Of a DNA stretch of 64,000 nt, positions 30,467-39,632 are shown in pieces. The translations under genes were made by a program, and so were the position numbers. Under the pieces are notes generated by a model. That model was not told the origin of the DNA, made no database searches, and was given only the letters and a program-made list of their open reading frames with translations. How positions within the stretch are numbered: position 1 is the first letter of the stretch; each line of letters starts with the position of its first letter. This DNA is from Nitrospirota bacterium (GTDB taxonomy: Bacteria > Nitrospirota > UBA9217), in NCBI GenBank assembly GCA_963845065.1, contig CAWJQQ010000008.1, positions 512,001 through 576,000 of the forward strand, written 5' to 3'.

Positions 30467-31999
30467 GTGGGTTCCATTATGAAGTTTTTCATAAGGACCA
30501 ACGACTTAATACTGAGATTGCTCACTAAGATATCATTCTTACAAACTAGCCTCAATACTCAGTATCGGATGAGATCTTTTGTCTGCGTATCGACTTTTGT
30601 CATTTCTTTTATTAGCGTCAATCTCGCCTTCATCATAGCATATACAATATATCAGGGAGTCATCGAAAATAGAGCCAGAGATATGTCGCGCTCCATCTCC
30701 CGACAGGCTTTTGATACTCTCTATTTACTCATGCAGAAAGGTTGGACAAGCAAAGAGCTGGACGAAGTCCTTTCCGCCACAGCCGGAATAGGAGGGGAGA
30801 CTGAATACCAGGTGAAGCTTTACAGAAACGATGGAACGGCGACCGATAATAATGTAAAAAAAGTTTTGGAAAGAGGCGTTATTGTTAATAATAGCAACGG
30901 TTTCCGGTTACTCGATATCTATCCGGTTGAGGCAAAAAAGGTTTGTTTGGAGTGTCACCGCAAGGAAAGGCAAGGTAACATATTAGCTGCGGTGAGTGTT
31001 CAGCAGGACATAGGACCAACAATTAAGGGCATTAAAAAGAAGTTTATTTTCTATTTCTTTCTCTTGTCTCCAGTTCCCTTTATTTTGACAATCATCATCG
31101 CTAATTTTTTAAATGCCCGGATTATCATAGCAACCGAGCTATTTCACCAGAAGATTCAGAATGTCAGCAGCATTGGGGATCTGGCAAAACTCGAAACAAA
31201 CAACATCAATGTCGGCTTTGTTGAATTTGACAATATGCTACATGATATTAATGACTTTGTCAAAAGGATCAAGAATATTGCTGTGGACAAGAATCTTCTT
31301 GAACATGAACTGCACGAACGAATATTAGCGAACAAGGAGATGGAATCGTTCATCTACTCCATATCGCACGACCTCAGGGCACCGATCCGGGCCATGTCAG
31401 GATTCGCAAAAATTATAAAAGATGACTACGCAGGGAAGCTAGATGCTCAGGGGGTGGACTATCTGGACCGCATACTCAGAGGTTCGGAGAAATCGATCCG
31501 TCTTATTGACGCCCTCTTGCATCTCTCAAGGATTACCAGAGAAGAGATTGAATTGATCGAGGTCAACCTGAGCAATAAAGCGTCCAAGGTCTTAGAGGAA
31601 TTGCGCGAGATGAATCGCGGTAGAAACGTCGAAGTCGTGGTGCAGGAAGGCCTCACAGCATCGGTTGACCCAAGGCTCATTGAGCTCGCCCTGTCGAATC
31701 TTCTCGGCAACGCGTGGAAATTCACGTCGAAAACGGAGAATGCGCGGATCGAATTCAGGAGCATTCAAAGAGATGGGAAAACTGTATACTATGTCAAAGA
31801 CAACGGTGTAGGGTTTGAACCCATGTATGCGGAAAAGATGTTTTGGCCTTTCCACCGGCTCCATTCGGAGAGCGAGTTCGAGGGTACGGGCGTCGGCCTC
31901 GCCATCGTCGAACGCGTCATCCGCCGTCACGGCGGCAATATCTGGGCTGAGGGAGAAGTAGGCAAAGGGGCGACGATTTATTTCACACTGGGACCGTGA
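30467..31999 (+). CDS. Membrane sensor histidine kinase with periplasmic c-heme motif (start possibly 30479 or later)
   Basis: CLECH between TM helices; H-box SISHDLRAP; NAWKF, DNGVG, GTGVGL. Confidence 0.9.
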   Translation: MGSIMKFFIRTNDLILRLLTKISFLQTSLNTQYRMRSFVCVSTFVISFISVNLAFIIAYTIYQGVIENRARDMSRSISRQAFDTLYLLMQKGWTSKELDEVLSATAGIGGETEYQVKLYRNDGTATDNNVKKVLERGVIVNNSNGFRLLDIYPVEAKKVCLECHRKERQGNILAAVSVQQDIGPTIKGIKKKFIFYFFLLSPVPFILTIIIANFLNARIIIATELFHQKIQNVSSIGDLAKLETNNINVGFVEFDNMLHDINDFVKRIKNIAVDKNLLEHELHERILANKEMESFIYSISHDLRAPIRAMSGFAKIIKDDYAGKLDAQGVDYLDRILRGSEKSIRLIDALLHLSRITREEIELIEVNLSNKASKVLEELREMNRGRNVEVVVQEGLTASVDPRLIELALSNLLGNAWKFTSKTENARIEFRSIQRDGKTVYYVKDNGVGFEPMYAEKMFWPFHRLHSESEFEGTGVGLAIVERVIRRHGGNIWAEGEVGKGATIYFTLGP

Positions 32000-32306
32000 A
32001 CACTGTCTACGTATAATGTGCAGAACTGTCCAATTGCCCACATTTCCATGTTTCAGGATGAAGATGGCTACGCATGCTTCAACTGCAATACTACACGTCA
32101 TCTAGAATTATGTCTTTCTAGTCTCCACCTACAAGCTTGTACAGTTACGTGAAAAAAAGTTTGGAAAATTACTGGTTGAAGGTTGCACCTGGAAACGTCC
32201 CCTCAAAAATGCATTTTTCTGCGACCCTGTAATAAGAATAGGTGACCAAGAACCGAAAAAATATTTGCTGTAATGCGTTATTGTAGGATTGATAAGCCAT
32301 TTGGCG

Positions 32307-32367
32307 GCTTAACGCTTCGCTTGAAGGGGAAGGGTTGTCAACGTCCCTAAAGATGCAATTGTTAAAT
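32307..32367 (-). other. attC-like site
   Basis: Minus strand ATTTAAC-AATTGCATCTTTAGGGAC..CCCCTTCAAGCGAAGC-GTTAAGC, downstream of ORF 32404-32715. Confidence 0.55.
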
Positions 32368-32403
32368 CTTTTTGGCTAACCTCACTTTTAATAGTCGTAA
32401 CGA

Positions 32404-32715
32404 TTATCGCACTGTAACACGAAAGATACGTCTGAGCCTATTGAGGGACTCTACAGAGCAAAGGGTTGTACCTGGTGAAATGCCTTTGAACGCTAGCCCG
32501 TCTGTCGTGTCAACGAAATTAACCACCTTTACGTCGTCGCATATAGGGTCTCTCGCAGGACAGATTAACAAGCCTGCTATGCAAACATGGAATATTTCAC
32601 CGACATTTAACACGACTGGATAGGGCTCGGTATTCTGCAAATCGTCACTCTGGGCAGAGCCCACAAAGACGGTAAGTACTAGCAAACCAGCCATCGCTAC
32701 GATTGTTGCCCTCAT
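32404..32715 (-). CDS. Small secreted Cys-containing hypothetical protein
   Basis: Signal peptide, RBS GGAGG, 4 Cys. Confidence 0.7.
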   Translation of the reverse strand: MRATIVAMAGLLVLTVFVGSAQSDDLQNTEPYPVVLNVGEIFHVCIAGLLICPARDPICDDVKVVNFVDTTDGLAFKGISPGTTLCSVESLNRLRRIFRVTVR

Positions 32716-32790
32716 TGCGTTCCTCCCATGGTTAAAACTTTTTCCAACACCAGTATAATCGCAGTTATTTACTTGTGCACACCCGGTTGG

Positions 32791-34092
32791 TTAGAGCAAA
32801 ATCACCTTCCCCATAAAGAGAATCAAACCGGTCCGTATCTCCCGGATAATAAATATAAATGGATGATCGATCGTAAACGCCAGAGACTGAGGCGGTAGTG
32901 CGGCCCCAGCTAACGTACCGGCAGTCGCCGCTGCCGCCACTGTGCCGTTCTCGTCCACGCTGACGAAGGCTTGATGGAAGACATCGCTGAAAAAGAGGTC
33001 GTGACTTCCGTCAATGCCGGAGAAGTCGGCAGTAGCCGGATTGAATGCGTCGGTCATGCCGAGAGAGATCAAAAAGGGCGCTATGTTTGCGTTGTATGTA
33101 AAGGTGAATTTGGGGAGAGAAAGATCAATCTCCTGTGCGGCCAGATTGTTGGTAATGTCACCCAGTACGGTCGGGGTAAGCGAGGACAGAAACGCATCGA
33201 ACGTGCCGGGATTCGGCATGATCACGAGCATCGAAAAATTGTTTCCGGCATAGGGGATATCGACAGCCTGGCAGCCGTCTGCCTGCACATAGGATACCGT
33301 GAACATTTGGTTCATGAAGGGAACCGATGATGTGGAGCCGTCCTTATTGAAAAAGGACTGATTTGTCGTGCTCGCTTCCGAAAAATGCGACGCCCAACTT
33401 GCTTTGAACCATACGGCGTTCGTAAGAACGATACGGGTTGCTGATGTCACGCCTCCCGGAGGGATTAGATCCTGAATCATGTTGTTCGTTTGGCCTGCCA
33501 CCCATGCGTTGATCGTACTTGGCGCGTTCTCTGGCGCATTCATGAAGTCCACGAGGTACATGCCCGTACCGTAATTTACCGCGAGGGTGTCTAAATAAGA
33601 CGGCAGAATGGATAAACCCACTTGTCCCCAGATTGCGTTGGCGTTATTGAGGATGGGAAGTTGTTCGCCGGTTGAGGTAATGGCACCTGTGCCCTCGCTC
33701 GTGAGCAAAAGGTCGAGCTCATTTAAGGTCGCGTTAAAGCTGTCTTGAGGAAGGGGGAACGATAATGACTGTTCGATCCCGTTTAAAGTATTCCCATTTG
33801 CGCCCGGCGCTGCAAGAGCAAATGTCTGAGTTATGCTATAGGGAGAGAAAACGGTATTGCTGCTTACACTCGGGTCAAGGAGGGGGAAAATCGTAAGGGC
33901 GAACTCTGTATTGCCCGCTACGACCGCAGTGAAGTTCGCAGCAGGTACCTGCGGGTTCATGTCTCGCGCCAAGGACGACTGCACAAGCTGATATTGCGGC
34001 GGCATAGTATTTTCGGATTTATTGCATGCGATTACAAGACCAAGAAGGCAGAAGGTAAAGAACCGTAAGTTCGTGATAATTTTGCTACACAT
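32791..34092 (-). CDS. Serpin-family lipoprotein
   Basis: FSPYSI, NAVWFKASW, LPKF, hinge DENGTVAAAAT, IDHPF; lipobox VIAC. Confidence 0.93.
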   Translation of the reverse strand: MCSKIITNLRFFTFCLLGLVIACNKSENTMPPQYQLVQSSLARDMNPQVPAANFTAVVAGNTEFALTIFPLLDPSVSSNTVFSPYSITQTFALAAPGANGNTLNGIEQSLSFPLPQDSFNATLNELDLLLTSEGTGAITSTGEQLPILNNANAIWGQVGLSILPSYLDTLAVNYGTGMYLVDFMNAPENAPSTINAWVAGQTNNMIQDLIPPGGVTSATRIVLTNAVWFKASWASHFSEASTTNQSFFNKDGSTSSVPFMNQMFTVSYVQADGCQAVDIPYAGNNFSMLVIMPNPGTFDAFLSSLTPTVLGDITNNLAAQEIDLSLPKFTFTYNANIAPFLISLGMTDAFNPATADFSGIDGSHDLFFSDVFHQAFVSVDENGTVAAAATAGTLAGAALPPQSLAFTIDHPFIFIIREIRTGLILFMGKVILL

Positions 34093-34230
34093 AAGCAGTC
34101 CTCCTACGAAGAGTTCAGCTTTTTTTGAAAACTAATTATATATTGTCAAGCTTTTGAGTTATTGTCAATTTCAGAGACTTGCAACTATGCACTTTATTTC
34201 ATTTGCCTGTATATGTGGCTTGGAACTGAA

Positions 34231-34690
34231 TGAACTGCACCCCTGTGTTTGAACAGTCAGGTTAGAAGAACCAGACAGGGGTTTCCTCCTGATTGATCGT
34301 TTAAGTGCTTTTATACCTTTAGATGTTGGACGCCCTGCGCTCTTGGCGCAGGGTCTACACGAGGCTTTTTAGTCCTTCGGGGTTGAAGTCGCTTCCTATA
34401 ATTTCCCCAGGATCGATTTTCCGGGGGAGTGCATACTCTGATACCTCACTGCAAGAGTGCCTCAAATTCAGTTGGGAGCATATAGTCGAGCGAGGTGTGC
34501 AGCAGTTTCTGATTATACACGTCCTCGATGAAATAAGGAATTCGTCTCTGAACATTGTCCAGAGTGCGATGTGCCCAGAGGTAGACCTCCTCGGTTTTAA
34601 TGGTCTCATGAAGCTCTCAGCAAAGGCGTTATCGTACGGGTTGCCTTTTCGGGACATGCTGATGTTGATTTCGTGGCTTTTGAGTACGTG
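34231..34690 (-). pseudogene. IS3-family transposase C-terminal remnant with right end
   Basis: SMSRKGNPYDNAFAESF with frameshifts; IS3-type terminus TGAACTGCACCCC at 34231. Confidence 0.8.
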
Positions 34691-34849
34691 GACAAGAAAC
34701 TGATTAACTTGCTGCTCATCCGGACCGCGCCGGAAAGAAATGCAAGTACAAAAATCACGATCCCGGCACCGGCATGTAAAATTGCTTCTTCATTCTTTTT
34801 GACCTCAATTAATGACTAACGCATCACAAAATGATTAGGTCTTTAGTGA

Positions 34850-35404
34850 TTATAGCTTAGGCAACACACTCTCAAGACAAAAACACGTCAGTTCCCCAAC
34901 CTTGTCCCATTCTCTACACGTTTCTGGCAGCAGACACTTACCGCATAACTCTTTGAGCTGCTCTATGCTGATATCGATCGTCTTTGCCTGCTCATGAACC
35001 TTGAGCAACTGTTTCAGATACTTGCCGGCGACCAGGCGATGAAGCTTGTCTTTTTTCTTCAGCCCCAGCCACTCGAACACGCCCTTGTCACTGCGTGATG
35101 AATTGCAGGCCTTGCAAGCTTGAACGAGATTATCCGAAGAATCGTCGCCGCCGCGATTGCGAGGTATAAGGTGATCGGTGGAAAGGTTGTCCGGCGAACC
35201 GCAGAACACGCATTGATGGGGTAGTTCCTGTTCCCGCTCCCATTCGCGGATGGTCCCCGAGATCGTTATCTGCCCGTCCCGGAGCTTTTTGAAGCGCTCG
35301 GCTACGAAGGGATATTGTATCGATCCATAAGCTGACCGGGAGATCAGCTTGGCATATTCGTAGAGAATTTCCTCACGGATCGTTTTTACATATCCAGGCG
35401 GCAT
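34850..35404 (-). CDS. HNH endonuclease
   Basis: CVFCG..DHLIP..GG..NL..ACKACNSSR. Confidence 0.88.
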   Translation of the reverse strand: MPPGYVKTIREEILYEYAKLISRSAYGSIQYPFVAERFKKLRDGQITISGTIREWEREQELPHQCVFCGSPDNLSTDHLIPRNRGGDDSSDNLVQACKACNSSRSDKGVFEWLGLKKKDKLHRLVAGKYLKQLLKVHEQAKTIDISIEQLKELCGKCLLPETCREWDKVGELTCFCLESVLPKL

Positions 35405-35499
35405 AGGTTCTGGCAGGGTCTCCCGATGGCCGAGGAATGATAGAATTTACTCGTAGTAGTCAAAAAGTACGCACTTATTAGATAAACCCTATCATTAAT

Positions 35500-36820
35500 C
35501 AGCGTTGTCCGGTTAGCAAATTGCATTCAAAGGAGACAATAAAAAAGCATAACATTCTTTCGGCCGGTCGCTATTAACTTGACATTTAGTAAAATGTGCA
35601 CAGAAAAAATTTTCGTAAATACCTTTAACTGCAAGGAGTTACGAAAATGCCCTATGTGCTCGATCCGAAGAACGACTCAGGCAAACGACCGTCATTCAGC
35701 CAGTTGCTTCAACCACTGGAAGCGCCATTAATCGACATCGCGTTACTTAAGGCACGAGGGAACAGGCCGCTACAAATGGAATTTGAAGATCAGCTTCATG
35801 CACTCATTTACTTTCACCTTGAGGAACACACTTCAGGTCGTCATCTGTTGCAAGTCCTCAAGGAAGATGATTTTGCCCGACAGACGATTGCGCCGAAATC
35901 CGGCATTAATAAAAGCAGTTTTTTCGAGGCCATTAATTCAAGAGGCCTTGATCAACTTATGGAATTATACCTGGCGCTCCAAGTCAAAGCCACCAAGCTG
36001 CTTCCGACTGAATACGGCAATCTCGGCGACCTTGTCGCCGTTGATGGATCTTTGATAGATGCAGTACTTTCTATGCACTGGGCCGATTACCGGGGCGGTT
36101 CAAAAAAAGCCAAGACGCATATAGGCTTCGATATCAATCGTGGTATCCCGACGAAGATATTTTTGACCCACGGCAAAGGAGATGAACGCCCTTTTGTAAG
36201 CCAGATCATTTCACCGGGTCAGACCAGTGTTCTGGATCGTTACTACCAGCGGCATAAGAACTTTGATCAGTGGCAAACAGAGAGAAAACATTTTGTCTGC
36301 CGGATCAAGGAAAATACAACGATTACTATTATCAGGGCCAATGCCGTAAAACCCGGAAGCATTGTTTTTTATGACGCCGTTGTCCTGCTCGGGACCAAAG
36401 GAGTGAATCAAACGGAAAAAGAACTCCGTTTAGTCGCCTATCGCGTCGCGAATAAAGAATACTGGGTTGCTACCGATCGGTACGATCTTTCAGCCGAGGA
36501 GGTAGCACTGGTTTACAAGCTCAGATGGAACATAGAAACCTTCTTCGGCTGGTGGAAACGCCACCTGAAGGTCTATCACTTGATTGCAAGAAGCAAACAT
36601 GGTCTCATGGTCCAAATACTGGGAGGTCTCATCACCTACCTGCTTCTCGCAATTTATTGCTACGAACAGCACAATGAGAAAGTCAGTATAAAAAGGGTCA
36701 GAGAGCTACGCTGCAAAATCAAGAATGAAGCTGCTGAGTTTGAGAATGTGCCTCCCGATCTTGACTGCTATAAAATGTCCGGAGGCATTATCTATGCAAA
36801 AACGTAACCGGACATTACTG
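35500..36820 (+). mobile_element. IS4-family insertion sequence
   Basis: 16-bp IR (13/16) CAGCGTTGTCCGGTTA / TAACCGGACATTACTG; 9-bp TSD ATCATTAAT at 35491-35499 and 36821-36829. Confidence 0.93.
35647..36807 (+). CDS. IS4-family DDE transposase
   Basis: VDGS, LDRYY, YKLRWNIETFF (YREK motif). Confidence 0.93.
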   Translation: MPYVLDPKNDSGKRPSFSQLLQPLEAPLIDIALLKARGNRPLQMEFEDQLHALIYFHLEEHTSGRHLLQVLKEDDFARQTIAPKSGINKSSFFEAINSRGLDQLMELYLALQVKATKLLPTEYGNLGDLVAVDGSLIDAVLSMHWADYRGGSKKAKTHIGFDINRGIPTKIFLTHGKGDERPFVSQIISPGQTSVLDRYYQRHKNFDQWQTERKHFVCRIKENTTITIIRANAVKPGSIVFYDAVVLLGTKGVNQTEKELRLVAYRVANKEYWVATDRYDLSAEEVALVYKLRWNIETFFGWWKRHLKVYHLIARSKHGLMVQILGGLITYLLLAIYCYEQHNEKVSIKRVRELRCKIKNEAAEFENVPPDLDCYKMSGGIIYAKT

Positions 36821-37361
36821 ATCATTAATGAAGAATATACGCAATAGGGGTTTCCCTATTTTTCACTTCGATTTCCCTGATACAGCCGGACCAAAAAGTG
36901 ACAGACTCCTTCAAGGACGACAAGATGAGGAACTTTGGATATAAAATTCGGAATGAAGTATTGATTGTTGCTAAAAATGATAAGTCCACTGCTTCAGGAT
37001 GTTTTCTACAATTTCTAAAAAATGAAACTGCCGCGTAATCAATAAGGATTGTGACGACATCTTCACGTCGTACTCAATCCATAATTCAAGAAGCCCGGAG
37101 CGGCAGGATGATGACCGATAGTCTCTATATATAGGGTAATGCTTCGAGGGGTCGTTTTTGGTTAAAGCCTGAATGGGCAGTTTATGGAGAGTGAGAGCTC
37201 GTGTCGGTCTGATTATAAAAAAACAAACGTGATTCCCATTATACTCACACGCAGAAATCATCGCCTGATCCGCTCGCGCGGCCGAACGGGAGCGTTGACC
37301 CGCAGATGATGCCTGCGGGATCTTACACGAGAAACACGTGGTGAATCAAAATCGTCGGATG

Positions 37362-38462
37362 CTATCCGGCGCGTGCCAGGTGCTGCGGCGGCGGAGAAAT
37401 CGAAATCACTTTGAGAAAGCCACCGCAGCACCCGCATGTTGGATGAGGCATTGGGGGCGTCTGTTCGACTTCAGACATCGTCACCTCAAATCCATAAGCC
37501 AGCTCAATCAGCGTCCTGATGTTCTCAAGCGGGACTTTGCAGGTCGGGCTTAAGAAGCCGTAATATCGCACCTTCATGAACCCCGTCGGTAGAACGTGCT
37601 GGAGGAAGCGACGCATAAATTCCATCACCTCAAGTTCCAGCGTTCTCCAGCGATTGCTATTGGTCTTTTTGTAATGAATGAAGATCTGACGATTCTCGAC
37701 TTTCACGATCCGGCTGTTGGACAAGGCTACCCGAAAGACATAGGGGGCAAGATACTTGAGACTCCCTTCGCTGTCGCCCACGGCTTGCGAGTTCACGTTC
37801 CAGTCGATGCGCCAGACCTCTTCGGGGATTTGATCAAAAAGGCCTGCTTTTTTCATCTCATCCTTGAACTTCGCCCGGAAAATGGGAGATAGCGCTTGGA
37901 CCGGCACATAGAAACCGGTTCCTGACGGTTTCCATGTTTTATCCTCGGACGAAAACGCCCCACCTACGACGATATAGTGGACATGGGGGTGAAACTCCAG
38001 TGTTCTGCCCCATGTGTGCAGGACCCCGAAGAAGCCCGGCAGATCGCCGCCCATGAACTTGGGGTCGAGAACCAGCTTTTTCATAGCCGCTGAAGAAGCA
38101 GAAAACAAGGCAGCATAAGCTGCTCGTTGATTGCCTCTGATGAACCGACGAATCTGCTCGGGCACCGTGAACGTGATCATGAAGTGATGTCCTGGCATCC
38201 GCCGATCAATCTGTTTTTCGAGCCACTGTCGGCTCTTATGATACTGGCAGGTCGGGCAGTGACGGTTGCCGCAAGAACGATGGATGGCATGGTCTTTCCC
38301 GCAGTCTTCGCAACGGAACCAGGTCGTCCCACAAGCTGGAGTGCGGCAGTTGATAATTGCGTCTATTGCCTTGCGATGTTCCAGAGGAATCGCTTCGCCA
38401 AACCGTGACACGTACTCCGGGGCATAGGTGCGGAAAATCTCATTGATCGTGTCCATGGTCAA
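37362..38462 (-). CDS. IS91-family Y2 transposase
   Basis: SCGNRHCPTC, HPHVH, YLAPY. Confidence 0.92.
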   Translation of the reverse strand: MTMDTINEIFRTYAPEYVSRFGEAIPLEHRKAIDAIINCRTPACGTTWFRCEDCGKDHAIHRSCGNRHCPTCQYHKSRQWLEKQIDRRMPGHHFMITFTVPEQIRRFIRGNQRAAYAALFSASSAAMKKLVLDPKFMGGDLPGFFGVLHTWGRTLEFHPHVHYIVVGGAFSSEDKTWKPSGTGFYVPVQALSPIFRAKFKDEMKKAGLFDQIPEEVWRIDWNVNSQAVGDSEGSLKYLAPYVFRVALSNSRIVKVENRQIFIHYKKTNSNRWRTLELEVMEFMRRFLQHVLPTGFMKVRYYGFLSPTCKVPLENIRTLIELAYGFEVTMSEVEQTPPMPHPTCGCCGGFLKVISISPPPQHLARAG

Positions 38463-39334
38463 AACCCCGTCATGAGCTGGTCGATGATTTTGTAAGCGTC
38501 TTCCTGACCCTTGGTGGTCAAATGTAGGTAAATCATCGTGGTCTCAAGGCTGGAGTGGCCCATATACTGCTGGATGACGCTCAGATTCACGCCGGCTTCG
38601 AGCAGGTGAGTAGCATAGGCGTGGCGAAGCGTGTGGATGGAGACGTTGCGTTTCTGAATACCCGCTGCGCGTACCGCGTTCTGAAGCGCCGCCTGCACCG
38701 TACTGTATGAAACCGGTTTCCGAATGTCCGAGCCATCTTTGTATATGCCCCGTGAGGGAAAAATCAATCGGGGGTTTTTGTGAGTGGCCCAATGCTTCCG
38801 CAAAAGAGCATACGTCGTACGGGGAAGCGGAACATAACGGTCTTTAGCGCCTTTCCCCCGGTGGATATGGATCATCATACGGTGTTTATCGATGTCCGGG
38901 ACTTCGAGGTGTAGCGCTTCCTGGAGCCGAAGGCCGCAGGAATAGACTGTGGAGAGGAAGGCGTGGTTGCGAGGAGACGTGACGCGGGAAAGGGTGGCGC
39001 GTACCTCTTCGATACTAAGCACAGTCGGAAGCCGGTGTTCAGTTTGCGCCCGAATGATGCTCAGGATATGCCAGTCACGGCGCAGGACGTTCTCAAAGAA
39101 AAAGCGGATGCCGGCATAGCAGACAGCCATGGTTTTGGGCGCCCACTTGCGAACGTTCCTGCAATGGAGGAAGTATTCCTGAAGCTCTTCTTCGGTGATG
39201 AGATCGGGGGTTTTGTTGCCGAAATGCTCAATGAGTAATCGGACTGCGCGTGTGTAACTTTCTTGCGTTGTGTCGCCCTTACCGCTCAGTTGCAGGGCTT
39301 CTTTGGACTTCTCGTACCAGTTTTCCATGACCAT
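38459..39334 (-). CDS. Tyrosine recombinase/integrase
   Basis: CGLR..E, GKGAKDR, HTLRH, MGH..TMIY. Confidence 0.92.
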   Translation of the reverse strand: MVMENWYEKSKEALQLSGKGDTTQESYTRAVRLLIEHFGNKTPDLITEEELQEYFLHCRNVRKWAPKTMAVCYAGIRFFFENVLRRDWHILSIIRAQTEHRLPTVLSIEEVRATLSRVTSPRNHAFLSTVYSCGLRLQEALHLEVPDIDKHRMMIHIHRGKGAKDRYVPLPRTTYALLRKHWATHKNPRLIFPSRGIYKDGSDIRKPVSYSTVQAALQNAVRAAGIQKRNVSIHTLRHAYATHLLEAGVNLSVIQQYMGHSSLETTMIYLHLTTKGQEDAYKIIDQLMTGF

Positions 39335-39632
39335 ACTCTCCTTGTGCTACAAGATTGAACTGCATTGGAGATGTATGGTAACACGGAGATTATTCAGGAA
39401 ATATCAGACAAGGTGGGATGGACGCAGGATGGATGCTTTGCTCTTCTGCCGCGGAGCGGCTTACTTGAATTCAGGAAGAGGATCGCGTTGTGGTATCGAA
39501 GCATCAGATGAGTATATCACATAGTATTTCTTCTTACAGTGCTTTTTCATAAGCATTCAAACCACCATTTTTCAAACTAGCGAGAATGGCATTTGCTCAA
39601 TTGTAAAAATAAATATTGAAATTTTCTAACAT

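Larger units (their letters stand above)
37039..39469 (-). mobile_element. Tyrosine recombinase + IS91-family element, copy 2 (intact)
   Basis: Same end motifs as copy 1; int and tnp overlap by 4 bp. Confidence 0.82.
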
